A stretch of 64,000 bases of DNA from an uncultured Rivularia sp. (GCA_963665115.1 OY762007.1:832001-896000), one strand, 5' to 3'; counted from the stretch's first letter, positions 11,945 through 22,686 are shown. A program made the numbers and translations. The notes: generated by a model not told the origin, from the sequence alone.

Positions 11945-12997
11945 TCAACTAAACTCCATAGTCTCAACAAAATCTAAAATCATCTGCTTGAGTGCAACAG
12001 CTTCTTGCTTCATAAAACTAGTAGTCCTTCCATCCATAAATGTACGTTGACTGCTAACTATATAAAGAAAGTCACCATCGATAAAAGCGATTAATCCCCG
12101 ATAGGCATCTAATTTTGTTGCAGTCCCGTTGTTTCCTGTTTTAGAAATTCTCGAACCTCCAGGCATATACAGCAATACAAAATAAGAACCTTCAAAAATT
12201 TTTGCCATATATTCGCTGTATTCGACTTGCGCTTCCGGTAAATTTGCGACTATTTCTTCAGGAACATATTTATTTACAAGAGTCGATCTCAAATATTCCT
12301 CTTGCCCAATAACTTCCATTTGTTCCATCTGTTTCGCAGGTAGAGAATAATAATCTATTCTTAAAAAAGTACCTAAATCGTCAGAAAAGCTAACCGTATT
12401 TTCTTGACTTTGAACTTTACCACCTTGATGGGGATCTACCGGAACAGGAACAGTAAAATTACCTGATGGTGACTCATATTCCTCTATATTAAAGGCTATA
12501 TTAACTATTGTTTCATCTTCGTCTTCAAGTAATTCTTCTAATTCTGCTTCCTCGAAGGCGGCAATTACATCTTCGATAATTTCTTCAGCATCTGTGTTCT
12601 CAATTCCTAAAGCTTGTTGCAAACTTTTGACTAAAGGCATTTTTGTTCGCGGAATTTGCATTTCCTCTTCATCTAGGATTACACTTATCCCGGCGGCAAA
12701 AGCATCTTCTAAAAAATCACCCTCAAGTTCTTCGTTTGCAGCATTAAACAGCGCCCCCCGTCCTTTTTTTTCGGCTAAATTTAAAAGTTTATCAAGCATT
12801 TCTAATAAATCTTCATCCGAATATTCTTCAAAAATCTCGAATCCCCAAAGTATGTCAACTAAAAATTCTATATCTACATCTTCCAACGAAGAATCGGCAG
12901 ATGCGGTTATGATTGCGACTGTAGCCACTGCTTCCTGGGAACTAAGCGACTTTTGTAATATTTCTTGCGAATTAAATAATTTATCGTATTTGTCCAT
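11945..12997 (-). CDS. Acidic protein with an N-terminal TerB-like domain and an unassigned C-terminal domain
   Basis: LSSQEAVATVAIITASADSSL… resembles cyanobacterial TerB-family N-termini; GGAGG RBS before ATG 12997. Confidence 0.55.
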   Translation of the reverse strand: MDKYDKLFNSQEILQKSLSSQEAVATVAIITASADSSLEDVDIEFLVDILWGFEIFEEYSDEDLLEMLDKLLNLAEKKGRGALFNAANEELEGDFLEDAFAAGISVILDEEEMQIPRTKMPLVKSLQQALGIENTDAEEIIEDVIAAFEEAELEELLEDEDETIVNIAFNIEEYESPSGNFTVPVPVDPHQGGKVQSQENTVSFSDDLGTFLRIDYYSLPAKQMEQMEVIGQEEYLRSTLVNKYVPEEIVANLPEAQVEYSEYMAKIFEGSYFVLLYMPGGSRISKTGNNGTATKLDAYRGLIAFIDGDFLYIVSSQRTFMDGRTTSFMKQEAVALKQMILDFVETMEFS

Positions 12998-13350
12998 AAT
13001 TGTTACCTCCATGCATGATTATTGAGTACAGATAAAAAGTGGTAGTAGCTAATTTAGTAGCAATCACAAACGTTAAGTAGGTTAATAAAAAATGTATTAT
13101 CGGGTTAAGATTATAAAAATATAGCTACATTAAATTATATGTAATTAAGATATTACTCTTATTAGAGTAACTCGTCCTAAGAACTATAAGAATTACAGTA
13201 CAAAGATTGAAATAATAAGTTTAGATACTGATACTGCAACTTTTAGACCGATTTGAAATATTTTTTAACTTTTGCTTTTCTTTGATAGGTATTTATAGAT
13301 ATAATTATATATTTTTCATTTTTAAATTTAATTATTATCTCTTCAGACGG

Positions 13351-13385
13351 TTCATGGCCAATAGTAAATCGCGATTGGCCATGAA
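13351..13385. terminator. 12-bp stem hairpin downstream of the 13403-13756 gene
   Basis: ttcatggccaat…attggccatgaa perfect inverted repeat. Confidence 0.6.
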
Positions 13386-13402
13386 GTATTTTTGCAAAAA
13401 AA

Positions 13403-13756
13403 TTAACCGACTTGTTCTAAATACTGGTTGACATCTTCTACAATACGAGTCAATTCGGCTTCCGTTGTCAAGCGGATGGTAGCATCACGCACGGTAAGTA
13501 AAACCTTCGCAGCGAAAGGACTAGGCCAGATATTAGGGTTGCAAAAAAATTCCAGAAAGACTTCTCCGGTATAACGATATTCCATTGAAGATTGAGGATT
13601 GGGTTTTCCTCCACCACTAGCAGTTTTAGCCGCAACCGCTTTGAGTTTCTGCATCAATTCATCTATAGCCGCTTTTAATTCCCTTGCTGCTGCGGGTGAA
13701 AAGCTAAAAGATACGGAACCTTCAACTAAATTAAGTGTCAAATGATTTGCAGACAT
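13403..13756 (-). CDS. Conserved cyanobacterial hypothetical protein
   Basis: 117 aa, clean ORF with a MEYRYTGEVFLEFFCNPNIWPSPFAAKV motif. Confidence 0.8.
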   Translation of the reverse strand: MSANHLTLNLVEGSVSFSFSPAAARELKAAIDELMQKLKAVAAKTASGGGKPNPQSSMEYRYTGEVFLEFFCNPNIWPSPFAAKVLLTVRDATIRLTTEAELTRIVEDVNQYLEQVG

Positions 13757-13929
13757 CAGTTATTTATCAAAACATATTGCTCTTTTATTTTCCCTCTATA
13801 TGGGGCATCGTAGTACAGGAATATTTTCTTTCTTAAATCATTGGAAAGAGGAAACGGGCAATGCGGAGTAGGGAGTAGGGAGTAGGGAAAAAGAATATGG
13901 GACTTCTACAAAATAATTTATCCAAAATA

Positions 13930-14164
13930 ATCGTAGTGCGAGCTTCTAGCTCGCTCGTTATCTCCAGGGAGCGAGACGCTCCCACTAAGAATATTTACCC
14001 GGCAAAAATTAATCTGGCGGAGTACTAAGTAATTCGGCGTGAATAAATATAATTGTGTTCTGTCATTGCGACGAGGTATTCGGTTGCATTCGGCGGAGAG
14101 TAAGGCTCATCGCAACCGTTTCGAGCTTTTTACTTCTCGTTACATAGTTTGATTTATTAGTGCC
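13930..14164. repeat. Cluster of small dispersed repeats/MITE-like remnants
   Basis: gcgagcttctagctcgc and gggagcgagacgctccc hairpins (related hairpin at ~36292-36314); atttacccggcaaaa shared in inverted form with ~60490; taagtaatt…tgtcattgcga unit related to 60076-60371. Confidence 0.65.
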
Positions 14165-14431
14165 CAAAAATTTCAAGCTGTAGGTGCTTTGGGGATTGCT
14201 GCATTTTTAGCAATTGCTTGTTTTGAAATTCTTCAAGGTACGGTTGAACGAATTATTAATGGGAGTAAACCAGTCACGATTTCAGCACCACAACTGTAGT
14301 TATTACTGTTAGTGCTGGGCATAAATATTTTTGTCGCTTTCTATGAAAGAGGTGTCGGAAAACAAGTTAATAGCCCAATTTTAATTGCCGATGCTCATCA
14401 TACTATGAGCGATGTTTGGGTAACTATTTCT
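14165..14431 (+). pseudogene. Cation diffusion facilitator (FieF/CDF) transporter remnant, middle part
   Basis: Manual translation: QKFQAVGALGIAAFLAIACFEILQG…PQL*LLLLVLGINIFVAFYERGVGKQVNSPILIADAHHTMSDVWVTIS. CDF HxxxD motif present; in-frame TAG at 14297-14299; 5' part missing. Confidence 0.85.
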
Positions 14432-15014
14432 GAATAGCTTGTTAGCCTTAGCCAGTTTGCGGCACATCATTTTTTGCCCAACCATTACCGGACTAAAACC
14501 TTTATCCCCTCTTGCTTTTACAACTTCGTAGACAACTTTAGATACAGGAAACAAATCAACAATTCGTCTTAAAATTCTTAGCTCTAAGTTTTTATTAGCT
14601 TTAATACTTGGTGGCATTCCACCTTGCTTGCGATTATTGAATCTAGCTTGTCTATGAGCGCGTTGAGAATAAAGTAATTTACGGTTTATCCTTCTTCCCC
14701 TTCTGCCTCTACGCATCATTTCACGCTGAGCCATTCGTTTAGTTACATTTTTGAAAGGTAATTCAATGTGAGCAGTTAATAATGTGTCTTGTTTGCTCAG
14801 CACAGCCATGCCTGTAAACATTTTGCCAGGGGTCGATTCCGACCACAATTTCTTGAGTTTTGGTGTCGCTTGGTGATTTTAATAGCTGAACGTAAAATAC
14901 GTTTAACTTTGACCATTTACCGATTGCTTTACCTTCTTTAATCCAACGTCTTGCTCTACTTGGTTTTGTTGGCATTAATGGCTTACCATTCCAATCAATT
15001 ACTGGTACACGCAT
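14432..15014 (-). mobile_element. isrB: Truncated RRXRR/PLMP nuclease gene (IsrB-type, IS200/IS605 OMEGA family)
   Basis: KPLMPTKPSRARR (PLMP), VVGIDPG (RuvC-I, +1 frameshift at G-run 14829-14832), RRGRRGRR bridge helix, VVYEVV (RuvC-II), then GFSPVMVGQ with no HNH before the break; C-terminal half lost. Confidence 0.85.
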
Positions 15015-15228
15015 AAGAGATAATCCTCCGTGTTAAGTTTAAGTCCCTTCGCCCACCGTTAATAAGATGTCCTTTCTGCAAGCAACTAACCAAACAGTTT
15101 TAAAGATAATCCGAACTAGGGAAATATTCGGAAGTTTGTACCAATTAACGGCTCAGCGGGCTAGTCAATACTTACGTTGCTGGATTTGGTTCCGGCAAGC
15201 CCCGTGTCTTTAGACCGGGGTTACTGAC
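15015..15228 (-). ncRNA. omegaRNA (HEARO-like) scaffold of the IsrB/IscB element
   Basis: Minus strand starts GTCAGTAACCCCGGTCTAAAGACACGGGGCTTG…GACTAGCC…TTCCCTAGTTCGGA…GGGCGAAGGGAC, then GGAGG RBS and the PLMP ATG, the usual layout upstream of iscB/isrB. Confidence 0.8.
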
Positions 15229-15336
15229 CGTATTACAGAAGAAATCGAATCTCGTTTAGAAGAAAAGTTTAGCCCAGCAAGAGTTTTGATTCACGTCGAA
15301 CCACCTGCTTACAAATCTAATCAAATAAACTTCTAG
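15229..15336 (+). pseudogene. CDF transporter remnant, C-terminal end
   Basis: Manual translation RITEEIESRLEEKFSPARVLIHVEPPAYKSNQINF*; IHVEP is the CDF C-terminal motif. Confidence 0.85.
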
Positions 15337-15668
15337 ACACCCATTAATCAAACCAATTATAAAGAAACAATTAACTGTCTTTTACAAATTATTACAGTTG
15401 TAGTAATCTATTAGAAACTAGATGTCTTCACATTTCTTCAAATTTAACTGTAAAAATCTGCTAAATTTAGATAAAAGTCCGTTAAAAAAAATGTAAGTAT
15501 TTTAAGGTAAATTTGAATTTAGCTGATACTTTTGCTTATATAGTGTTTGCTATAAAAATTCTATGCATTGTTATCTTTAATGCATCTTTAATTAAATTTT
15601 AAAACTGTTGATTTTAAATTAATTGTCGATTGCTCAATTTTTAGTCATTTTAACATATTTTGTTCTTA

Positions 15669-18600
15669 ATGATGCCACAAATAACAGTTTTAATAGTTGA
15701 CAATAGTTATGAAGACCGTCAGAGATATGAAAGCTACCTGCTGCAATCAAAGCAAAGCTATACAATTTTGTCAGAATCAACGGGGAACGCTGCATTAGAT
15801 TTATACCAAAGGTTTCATCCCGACATAATCTTATTAGAGTATGTTCTGTCAGACATGAATGGATTAGAATTTCTGGCAAAGTTAAAACAGCATAAAGAAG
15901 TACCACCCGTAATTATGATAACTGGGTATGGTAATGAAAATATTGCTGTACGAGCAATAAAAAGCGGGTTTCAAGATTATTTAGTTAAGGAACAGGTAAC
16001 GGCAGAACTTTTAAACTACACAATAAATTCTGCTATTGAAACTGTTGTCTCAAAATCTCAAGAAGTCGAAAAAAAATGGTGTGGTAGCGACGAGCGCTTC
16101 CGTACTTCCGTAGAAAATATGTTGGATTGTTTTGGTCTTTTCTCCAGCATTCGGGATGAAAGGGGTAATATTGTCGATTTTCGGATTGATTACATCAACG
16201 CCGCAGCTTGTGAATGTAATAAAATGGCTAAGGAGCAGCAGTTAGGTAACAAGTTATGCGAAATTTTTCCCTCCCATCGCACCACGGGTTTATTTGAGGA
16301 ATATTGTCAAGTTGTAGAAACAAGCGAGCCTTTAGTTAAAGAATCTTTGATTTATACAGATGTTTTTGGCAAGCAGGAGTTAACAAAAGCTTTTGATATT
16401 CGCGCTGCAAAATTAGGAGATGGATTTGTTGCTTCTTGGAGGGATGTTACCGAAAAAAAGCAATCAGAAAAAAAATTACAAGATTCGGAGCAATTACTCG
16501 AACGCATTGCTGATACTACACCGGGTTTTTTATATGTTTATGATTTGGTAGAGCAACAGAATGTCTATATAAATCGTCATATTGGGCAAGTGCTGGGTTA
16601 TTCAGTTGAACAAATCAAAAATATGGGTAGCAATGCATTCCCGCAGTTGATGCATCCTGATGATTTAGCAAGACTTCCTAGTCTTTTGCAAAGATTTGAC
16701 ACTGCAAAGGATGACGATATTTTCCAAACTGAATATCGATTGCGCGACGCAAATGGTGAATGGCGATGGTTTTATAGTCGAGATGGGGTATTTCATCGGA
16801 ATTCTAACGGTTCTCCTCGTCAGTTGATTGGTACGGCATTAGAAATTACAAATCTCAAACAAATTCAAGAAAAATTACGCTTAAGCAACGAGCGATTTCA
16901 ACTAGCATCTCATGCCGTTGACTCTGTAATTTACGATTGGGATATTACTATTAATAGTATTATTAGAACCGAAGGTTTAACTTCTATTTTGGGCTACTCT
17001 TTAGAAGAAATAGAACCAACTATTGAATGGTGGATGCAGTTAGTCCATCCTGAAGATAAAAATAATTTATTCCAACCTTTACAAGCTGTTCTTGCAAATC
17101 GTGAATATTATACTTTCGAGTATCGCGTGCGTCATAAAGATGGTCAATATTGCTACGTACTCGATCGAGGCTCCGTTGTGCGTAATGCTAAATCTCATGC
17201 GGTGCGGGTAGTTGGTTCGATAACTAATATTACAGAGCGCAAACAAGCTGAAACTGCATTACGCGAAAGTGAAGCAAAGTATAAGCGGATTATAGAATCC
17301 AATATTGTTGGTATTTATTTTGGTGACTTCACCGGCAGAATTTATGAAGCCAACGATGCTTTTTTAGAAATAATTGGCTATAATCGCGAAGATTTAGAAA
17401 ATGGTTTGCTGTATTGGAATCAGATGACAGCACCGGAAATTGAATCCCAAGCAATGATTCCGAAAATCAGAGAGGAATTAAAATCTAAGGGACTTTGTAT
17501 TCCTTTCGAGAAGCAATATATTCGTAAAGATGGTACTCGCGTATCTGTGCTAACGGCGATCGCCTGCATTGAAGGTAGAGAGGCAGAAGGCTACAGCGTT
17601 TGTTTTGTTTTAGATATAACCAAGCGCAAGCAAGCACAATTAAAATTACGTGAAAGCGAGCAAAGCTATCGGTTTTTGTCCGAATCAATACCGCAAATAG
17701 TTTGGAGTTGCAATTCACAAGGAGAGTGTGAATATATAAGTCAGCGTTGGGTTGAATATACCGGAAAAACAATTGAAGAAGCAAAAAGTTTTGGTTGGCT
17801 AAATATTTTGCATCCAGAAGATGCTGAATCTGTCACACATATATGGCACCAATCGCTAAGAAGGGGCCAACTCTACGAAGCAGAAATGCGCTATCGTCGC
17901 TGCGACGGGATCTATCGCTGGTTTTTAGTGCGAGCGTTGCCCATGAAAGACAAGCAAGGGCAAGTTCTAAAATGGTTTGGCACCAGTACTGATATTCACG
18001 AGCGCAAACAGTTAGAAGCTATCAGTTGTGAAATTGTACAACGCGAACAAACTGCCCGTACAGAAGCAGAAACAGCCAATAAAGCCAAAGACGAATTTGT
18101 CGCAATGGTATCCCACGACTTGCGATCGCCATTAAATTCAATTCTCGGTTGGGCGAAACTGCTACGAACTCGTAACTTTGATGAAACCGCCACCACTCGC
18201 GCCTTAGAAACTATCGAACGTAACGCCAAATCCCAAGCAAAACTCCTCGAAGACTTATTAGATACATCTCGAATCCTTCAAGGAACTATTCAACTTGATA
18301 TAACTCTAATTAATCTCGTTAAGACAGTGGAGGCAGCGGTTGAGACAGCACATCCTGTAGCAGATGTCAAGTCAATTTATATAGAGTCCATACTTGATGA
18401 TTCGCTTCCATTAATACAAGGCGATTCAAATCGCTTGCAGCAGGTATTAGGAAATTTACTATCTAACGCGATTAAGTTTACACCAAAAGAAGGGCGAGTT
18501 CGGGTGGAGTTGTCTGTGGCAGAGATGGGGAGAGGGGAAGATGGTGAGTCCACTCGTGTGCGGAGGTTCCCTCCGTTGAGCGAAGTGGCGAACCCGAAGG

Positions 18601-18911
18601 GGGGGACAAGGGGACAAGGGGACAAGGAGACAAGAAGAGAAGAAGAACTAACTTTTTCTACTTCTCCTGTTTTGAATTCTTCTAGATATGCTCGGATTAC
18701 GGTTAGCGATACGGGAATAGGTATTAATCCGGAGTTTTTGCCGTATGTTTTTGAACGATACCGCCAAGCAGAAGGAACTAGAAAAAAAGGTGGATTAGGA
18801 CTGGGTTTAGCAATTAGCCGTCATATTGTTCAACTCCACGGGGGTATTATTGAAGTTTCCAGTGGTGGAGAAGGGAAGGGAAGTAGTTTTACGATTCAAT
18901 TGCCGATATGA
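15669..18911 (+). CDS. Histidine kinase: REC, five PAS domains, HisKA, HATPase
   Basis: N-terminal receiver fold; five PAS/PAC blocks (HPDD/HPED, DITxRK); H-box SHDLRSPL; NLLSNAIKFT, DTGIGI, GLGLGL. Confidence 0.95.
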   Translation: MMPQITVLIVDNSYEDRQRYESYLLQSKQSYTILSESTGNAALDLYQRFHPDIILLEYVLSDMNGLEFLAKLKQHKEVPPVIMITGYGNENIAVRAIKSGFQDYLVKEQVTAELLNYTINSAIETVVSKSQEVEKKWCGSDERFRTSVENMLDCFGLFSSIRDERGNIVDFRIDYINAAACECNKMAKEQQLGNKLCEIFPSHRTTGLFEEYCQVVETSEPLVKESLIYTDVFGKQELTKAFDIRAAKLGDGFVASWRDVTEKKQSEKKLQDSEQLLERIADTTPGFLYVYDLVEQQNVYINRHIGQVLGYSVEQIKNMGSNAFPQLMHPDDLARLPSLLQRFDTAKDDDIFQTEYRLRDANGEWRWFYSRDGVFHRNSNGSPRQLIGTALEITNLKQIQEKLRLSNERFQLASHAVDSVIYDWDITINSIIRTEGLTSILGYSLEEIEPTIEWWMQLVHPEDKNNLFQPLQAVLANREYYTFEYRVRHKDGQYCYVLDRGSVVRNAKSHAVRVVGSITNITERKQAETALRESEAKYKRIIESNIVGIYFGDFTGRIYEANDAFLEIIGYNREDLENGLLYWNQMTAPEIESQAMIPKIREELKSKGLCIPFEKQYIRKDGTRVSVLTAIACIEGREAEGYSVCFVLDITKRKQAQLKLRESEQSYRFLSESIPQIVWSCNSQGECEYISQRWVEYTGKTIEEAKSFGWLNILHPEDAESVTHIWHQSLRRGQLYEAEMRYRRCDGIYRWFLVRALPMKDKQGQVLKWFGTSTDIHERKQLEAISCEIVQREQTARTEAETANKAKDEFVAMVSHDLRSPLNSILGWAKLLRTRNFDETATTRALETIERNAKSQAKLLEDLLDTSRILQGTIQLDITLINLVKTVEAAVETAHPVADVKSIYIESILDDSLPLIQGDSNRLQQVLGNLLSNAIKFTPKEGRVRVELSVAEMGRGEDGESTRVRRFPPLSEVANPKGGTRGQGDKETRREEELTFSTSPVLNSSRYARITVSDTGIGINPEFLPYVFERYRQAEGTRKKGGLGLGLAISRHIVQLHGGIIEVSSGGEGKGSSFTIQLPI

Positions 18912-18932
18912 GGGAGAGGGGGACATTATTAA

Positions 18933-19116
18933 AGTAGTAAGTAGTGAGTAGTGAGTAGTGAGTAGCGGGCAAAAGTAGACACCTCTACGGCAGCGACATT
19001 TATGGCAATGAGAATAAAAAGTGATTTACTCCCTACTCCCTACTCCCTACTCCTAACTCCCTACTCCCTACTCCTAACTCCCTACTCCCTACTCCTAACT
19101 CCCTACTCCCTACTCC
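18933..19116. repeat. STRR-type heptamer tandem repeats
   Basis: (agtagtg)n and about 13 units of ctcccta/ctcctaa at 19028-19116. Confidence 0.9.
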
Positions 19117-20745
19117 CTACTCCCACTCAATAGTTCCAGGTGGCTTGGATGTAATATCAAAGACTACTCTGTTTACGCCTTTGACTTCATTTACAATCCG
19201 ATTGGAAATTACTTCGAGTATGTCGTAAGGTACCCGCGCCCAATCTGCTGTCATGCCATCTTCGCTGGTAACGATGCGTAAAACTATGGGATAAGCGTAA
19301 GTTCTTTGGTCGCCCATTACACCTACACTACGAACTGGTAGCAATACTGCGAAAGCCTGCCAGTATTCGCTATACAGGTTATTACGATTAATTTCTTGAC
19401 GGACAATTAAATCGGCATCTCGTAAAATATTTAACCTTCCAACTGTAACTTCCCCAATAATGCGAATTGCTAAACCCGGTCCTGGGAAAGGTTGACGCTG
19501 GACAATTTCTTGAGGCAAACCAACGCAACGTCCGACTTTACGAACTTCGTCTTTGAAAAGCTTACGCAAAGGTTCTACCAATTTAAAACGTAAGTCTTTG
19601 GGTAAACCACCAACGTTGTGATGACTTTTAATTTTTACTGCTACTCGTTCTCCGGTTTGCGGATCGACGTTGGTATCTGCGGATTCGATTACGTCGGGAT
19701 ATAAGGTTCCTTGGGCTAGATAATCAAAAGGACCGAGTTGTCTTGAAGTCTCTTCAAATGCTTTGATAAACTCGTGTCCGATAATACGCCGCTTTTCTTC
19801 TGGATCGGTGACTCCACTCAAGGCTCCAATAAAGCGCTCGCGAGCGTTTACGTATTCGACAGGAATATGAAACTGTTCTGAGAATAATTTTACTAGGCGT
19901 TCTGGCTCCAGTTTCCGCATAAAGCCTTGGTCGATAAAAACACAAGTTAACTGTTCTCCGATTGCTTTATGCAACAAAAATGCCAAAGTCGAAGAATCAA
20001 CTCCTCCGCTAAGAGCTAATAACACACTCTTGCTGCCAACTTTAGCGCGAATTTCCCGAATCGCTTCTTCTACAAAAGCATCGGTTGTCCAAGTCGGTTC
20101 GCTTTTACAGATTTCATAAACAAAGTTACGGATTAAGGATAATCCACCGACAGAATGCACCACCTCTGGATGAAACTGTACTCCATAAAGTTTCTTTTCG
20201 GGATTGGCGATCGCCGCGCAAGGAGTATTGGCAGTATGAGCTAGTAGTTCAAACCCGGAAGGCATTTTCAGTACCGAGTCTCCATGACTCATCCACATCG
20301 TGGTACCATTTTCAACGTTGGTAAGTAAATTTGTCGCATCGTCAATATGCAAAGCGGCCTTACCATACTCGCCTCGATCGGACTTTTTAACTTCTCCGCC
20401 GAGTTGCTGCACCATTAGCTGCATACCGTAGCATACACCCAGAATGGGAATCCCTAAATCCCATATTTGAGGGTCGCAATGGGGAGCTTTCGCATCATAA
20501 ACCGAACTCGGGCCACCTGAAAGAATGATTCCCTTGGGGTTTAGCTGACGAAGCTGCTCTGCTGTAGTTCGATAAGGAAGAACTTCCGAGTAAACTTGAG
20601 TTTCACGGATTCTGCGAGCGATAAGTTCGGAATATTGAGAACCAAAGTCAAGAATCGCAATCATTTGACGGTTAAGTTGTCTTTTAGATTCTACTTTGTG
20701 AGCTTGAGGAGCATCTTTAGTTAGTAGAGTCACCGCTGTTTTCAT
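19117..20745 (-). CDS. guaA: GMP synthase (glutamine-hydrolysing)
   Basis: [34 protein letters not shown] and KPPGTIEWE motifs; likely start ATG 20745. Confidence 0.98.
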   Translation of the reverse strand: MKTAVTLLTKDAPQAHKVESKRQLNRQMIAILDFGSQYSELIARRIRETQVYSEVLPYRTTAEQLRQLNPKGIILSGGPSSVYDAKAPHCDPQIWDLGIPILGVCYGMQLMVQQLGGEVKKSDRGEYGKAALHIDDATNLLTNVENGTTMWMSHGDSVLKMPSGFELLAHTANTPCAAIANPEKKLYGVQFHPEVVHSVGGLSLIRNFVYEICKSEPTWTTDAFVEEAIREIRAKVGSKSVLLALSGGVDSSTLAFLLHKAIGEQLTCVFIDQGFMRKLEPERLVKLFSEQFHIPVEYVNARERFIGALSGVTDPEEKRRIIGHEFIKAFEETSRQLGPFDYLAQGTLYPDVIESADTNVDPQTGERVAVKIKSHHNVGGLPKDLRFKLVEPLRKLFKDEVRKVGRCVGLPQEIVQRQPFPGPGLAIRIIGEVTVGRLNILRDADLIVRQEINRNNLYSEYWQAFAVLLPVRSVGVMGDQRTYAYPIVLRIVTSEDGMTADWARVPYDILEVISNRIVNEVKGVNRVVFDITSKPPGTIEWE

Positions 20746-21262
20746 AATGGGGGGAAAGTTTGAGAGTAAGGATTTACGATAGCTTCCGATGCAGGCTAAA
20801 TACCACAAAGGCTAGCTGTATCCAGCAGAATTATTTAACAACTTTCACATCAAGCGCAATTTCCATATATGCACCTGCTGGGCTTCTTATATTTGTAAAT
20901 GCTATTAAGATTAAAAAGCTACCTTAAACTGGATAGAAAAAGATATATTTATTGATATGAATTTCTTATGTTTATTTTTATAAACTTACCACAAGTTGGT
21001 CAATATGCGTAAAGGTGAATTTGTTTTTTTTACAAAGACTTCAAATTTCTAAGTTTCCGAGATGCTTGCATTATCCAGTGACAAATTAGCTTTCGACCAA
21101 AATTAATCAAAAAATAGGTTTAAACGAGATAAAGAACATGATATCTTCCATAAGACACTTCAGGTAATATATCAACCCAGGGGAGGGGTATTATTTCTTG
21201 TGTAAATATAAATATAATATATAACTCGAAATTTTATATTTGCCTAGATAATTTTATTTTTT

Positions 21263-21563
21263 TTACACCTTGACTTCTGCGAGTAAGTTTTGCATAGCTT
21301 CTATAGAAAGTCCTTGCTCGATGTATTGAGGAGATTCAGGGTTAAATGGGGCTTTCAAACGGTCGATACTAATAATATTTGCCTGTTGAGGTATTACTGG
21401 AAACGTCCGGATCGAAAGCAGTTGGACGCATCAAAGAACTAGAAAATCCTCTAAAAATAGCAACTTCATCTCGTTCGCCATCAACTTCCACCGTCACCAG
21501 CAAGACTTCTTGAGGACGTTTGACAGTATATTGCTCCAGTCGTTTATTAATTAAATTTGTCAT
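21263..21563 (-). CDS. Conserved cyanobacterial hypothetical protein (~99 aa), split by a +1 frameshift at 21401-21403
   Basis: RLEQYT…FRGFSSSLMRPTAFDPDV continues, after removing one base, as PVIPQQANIISIDRLKAPFNPESPQYIEQGL…EVKV*. Confidence 0.8.
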
Positions 21564-21584
21564 TAAAGGTTGAAAATTTGGAAT

Positions 21585-21712
21585 TGGTAATTGAAGAATT
21601 GGGCATGGGGGGTAGTAAGTAGCGAGTAGTGAGTAAACTACCATCCATTCCCTAATCGTTGCTCATTACTCATTACTCATTACTCATTACTCATTACTCA
21701 TCACTCGCTACT
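21585..21712. repeat. STRR-type heptamer tandem repeats
   Basis: (cattact)n at about 21664-21706 plus aattg-type and agtag-type units. Confidence 0.85.
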
Positions 21713-21733
21713 TTAAGAATGTCCCCCCATCTC

Positions 21734-22333
21734 CTACTGCGGTGCAGCTGTACGCCCTTGTTTTCCGAGCTTAACGATAACGAAGTAAGCCAAGCACACA
21801 ACGTAGAAAATTAAACCAATAATACCTACAAAGCCTAACTGTCCATTGTTGCTGTTGGGGCTAAAATACTCTTTAAATAATAATGGGGCTTCCAACCAAA
21901 CCCTGCAATAAGGGGTTTTAAGAGTAACTTCGGAAAAAGCACAACCCAAGAAAGGAATAGTGAGGATGGCTCCTAAAGCACAATAAATGCTTGTAGCCCA
22001 TCTCCAAGAAGTAAAAATAAACTTCAAGGCTCCATCAGAACCATATTCAATTTCATCGTTCAAGTCTGCCCAAAACCATAATGAAATTGGAATTAAGATA
22101 CGCGCCATTAAAGATGAAATGAAACTTACCCCAAAACCGCCAATCATCAAGAAAGTCGTAATCATTAATAAACTTGAGACTCGCCAGTAAATAGTTAATA
22201 GACGCTGGATTCCATCAGCTTTTTGAACAAATGCCCAAATAAGTAAAACTAAGGGAATCAATACGGTAAATAAAACCGCCAAACGATAGTCCATCCAAAC
22301 TAACGAGCGAAACCAAACATCATTATTATCCAT
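21734..22333 (-). CDS. DUF3177-like membrane protein
   Basis: LVWMDYRLAVLFTV…YWRVSSLL…WRWA motifs and several TM helices; likely start ATG 22333. Confidence 0.8.
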   Translation of the reverse strand: MDNNDVWFRSLVWMDYRLAVLFTVLIPLVLLIWAFVQKADGIQRLLTIYWRVSSLLMITTFLMIGGFGVSFISSLMARILIPISLWFWADLNDEIEYGSDGALKFIFTSWRWATSIYCALGAILTIPFLGCAFSEVTLKTPYCRVWLEAPLLFKEYFSPNSNNGQLGFVGIIGLIFYVVCLAYFVIVKLGKQGRTAAPQ

Positions 22334-22686
22334 AGTTTTTCCTATATATAATCCGCATACTTTAACTAAGAAAGCCTCAATTGAAAAGTAAAGCCTGTGA
22401 ATATTTATATCCGAATATTTTAAAAAATTAAAATAGGACTTACACATAACACTCTTTTGTTTTAGAGCGGCTTCTGTGTAAGTCCCAGTTTGAAACGGTT
22501 TGTCTGGGATAAAATCCCACGCTTGCAACCTCGTCAGAGATAGACATTCCAGGATAAACCTGTGATTAGAATTAGATTCTAAAATGAATGTGAGTTTAAA
22601 AACGATTATCTCAAATACGAAGGATAAGTTAAAGCATTAATTGCTTGCGTGGAAAAACAGACATTGCTTTGCGACAAACTTGATTT

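Noticed and set aside
14381..14431. C-terminal FRNSYPNIAHSMMSIGN of the 14381-14848 ORF as part of IsrB
   Set aside because: It is read-through into the antisense strand of the CDF remnant beyond the deletion junction.
19028..19116. Heptamer arrays here and elsewhere as a novel repeat system
   Set aside because: These are the well-known STRR tracts of heterocystous cyanobacteria.
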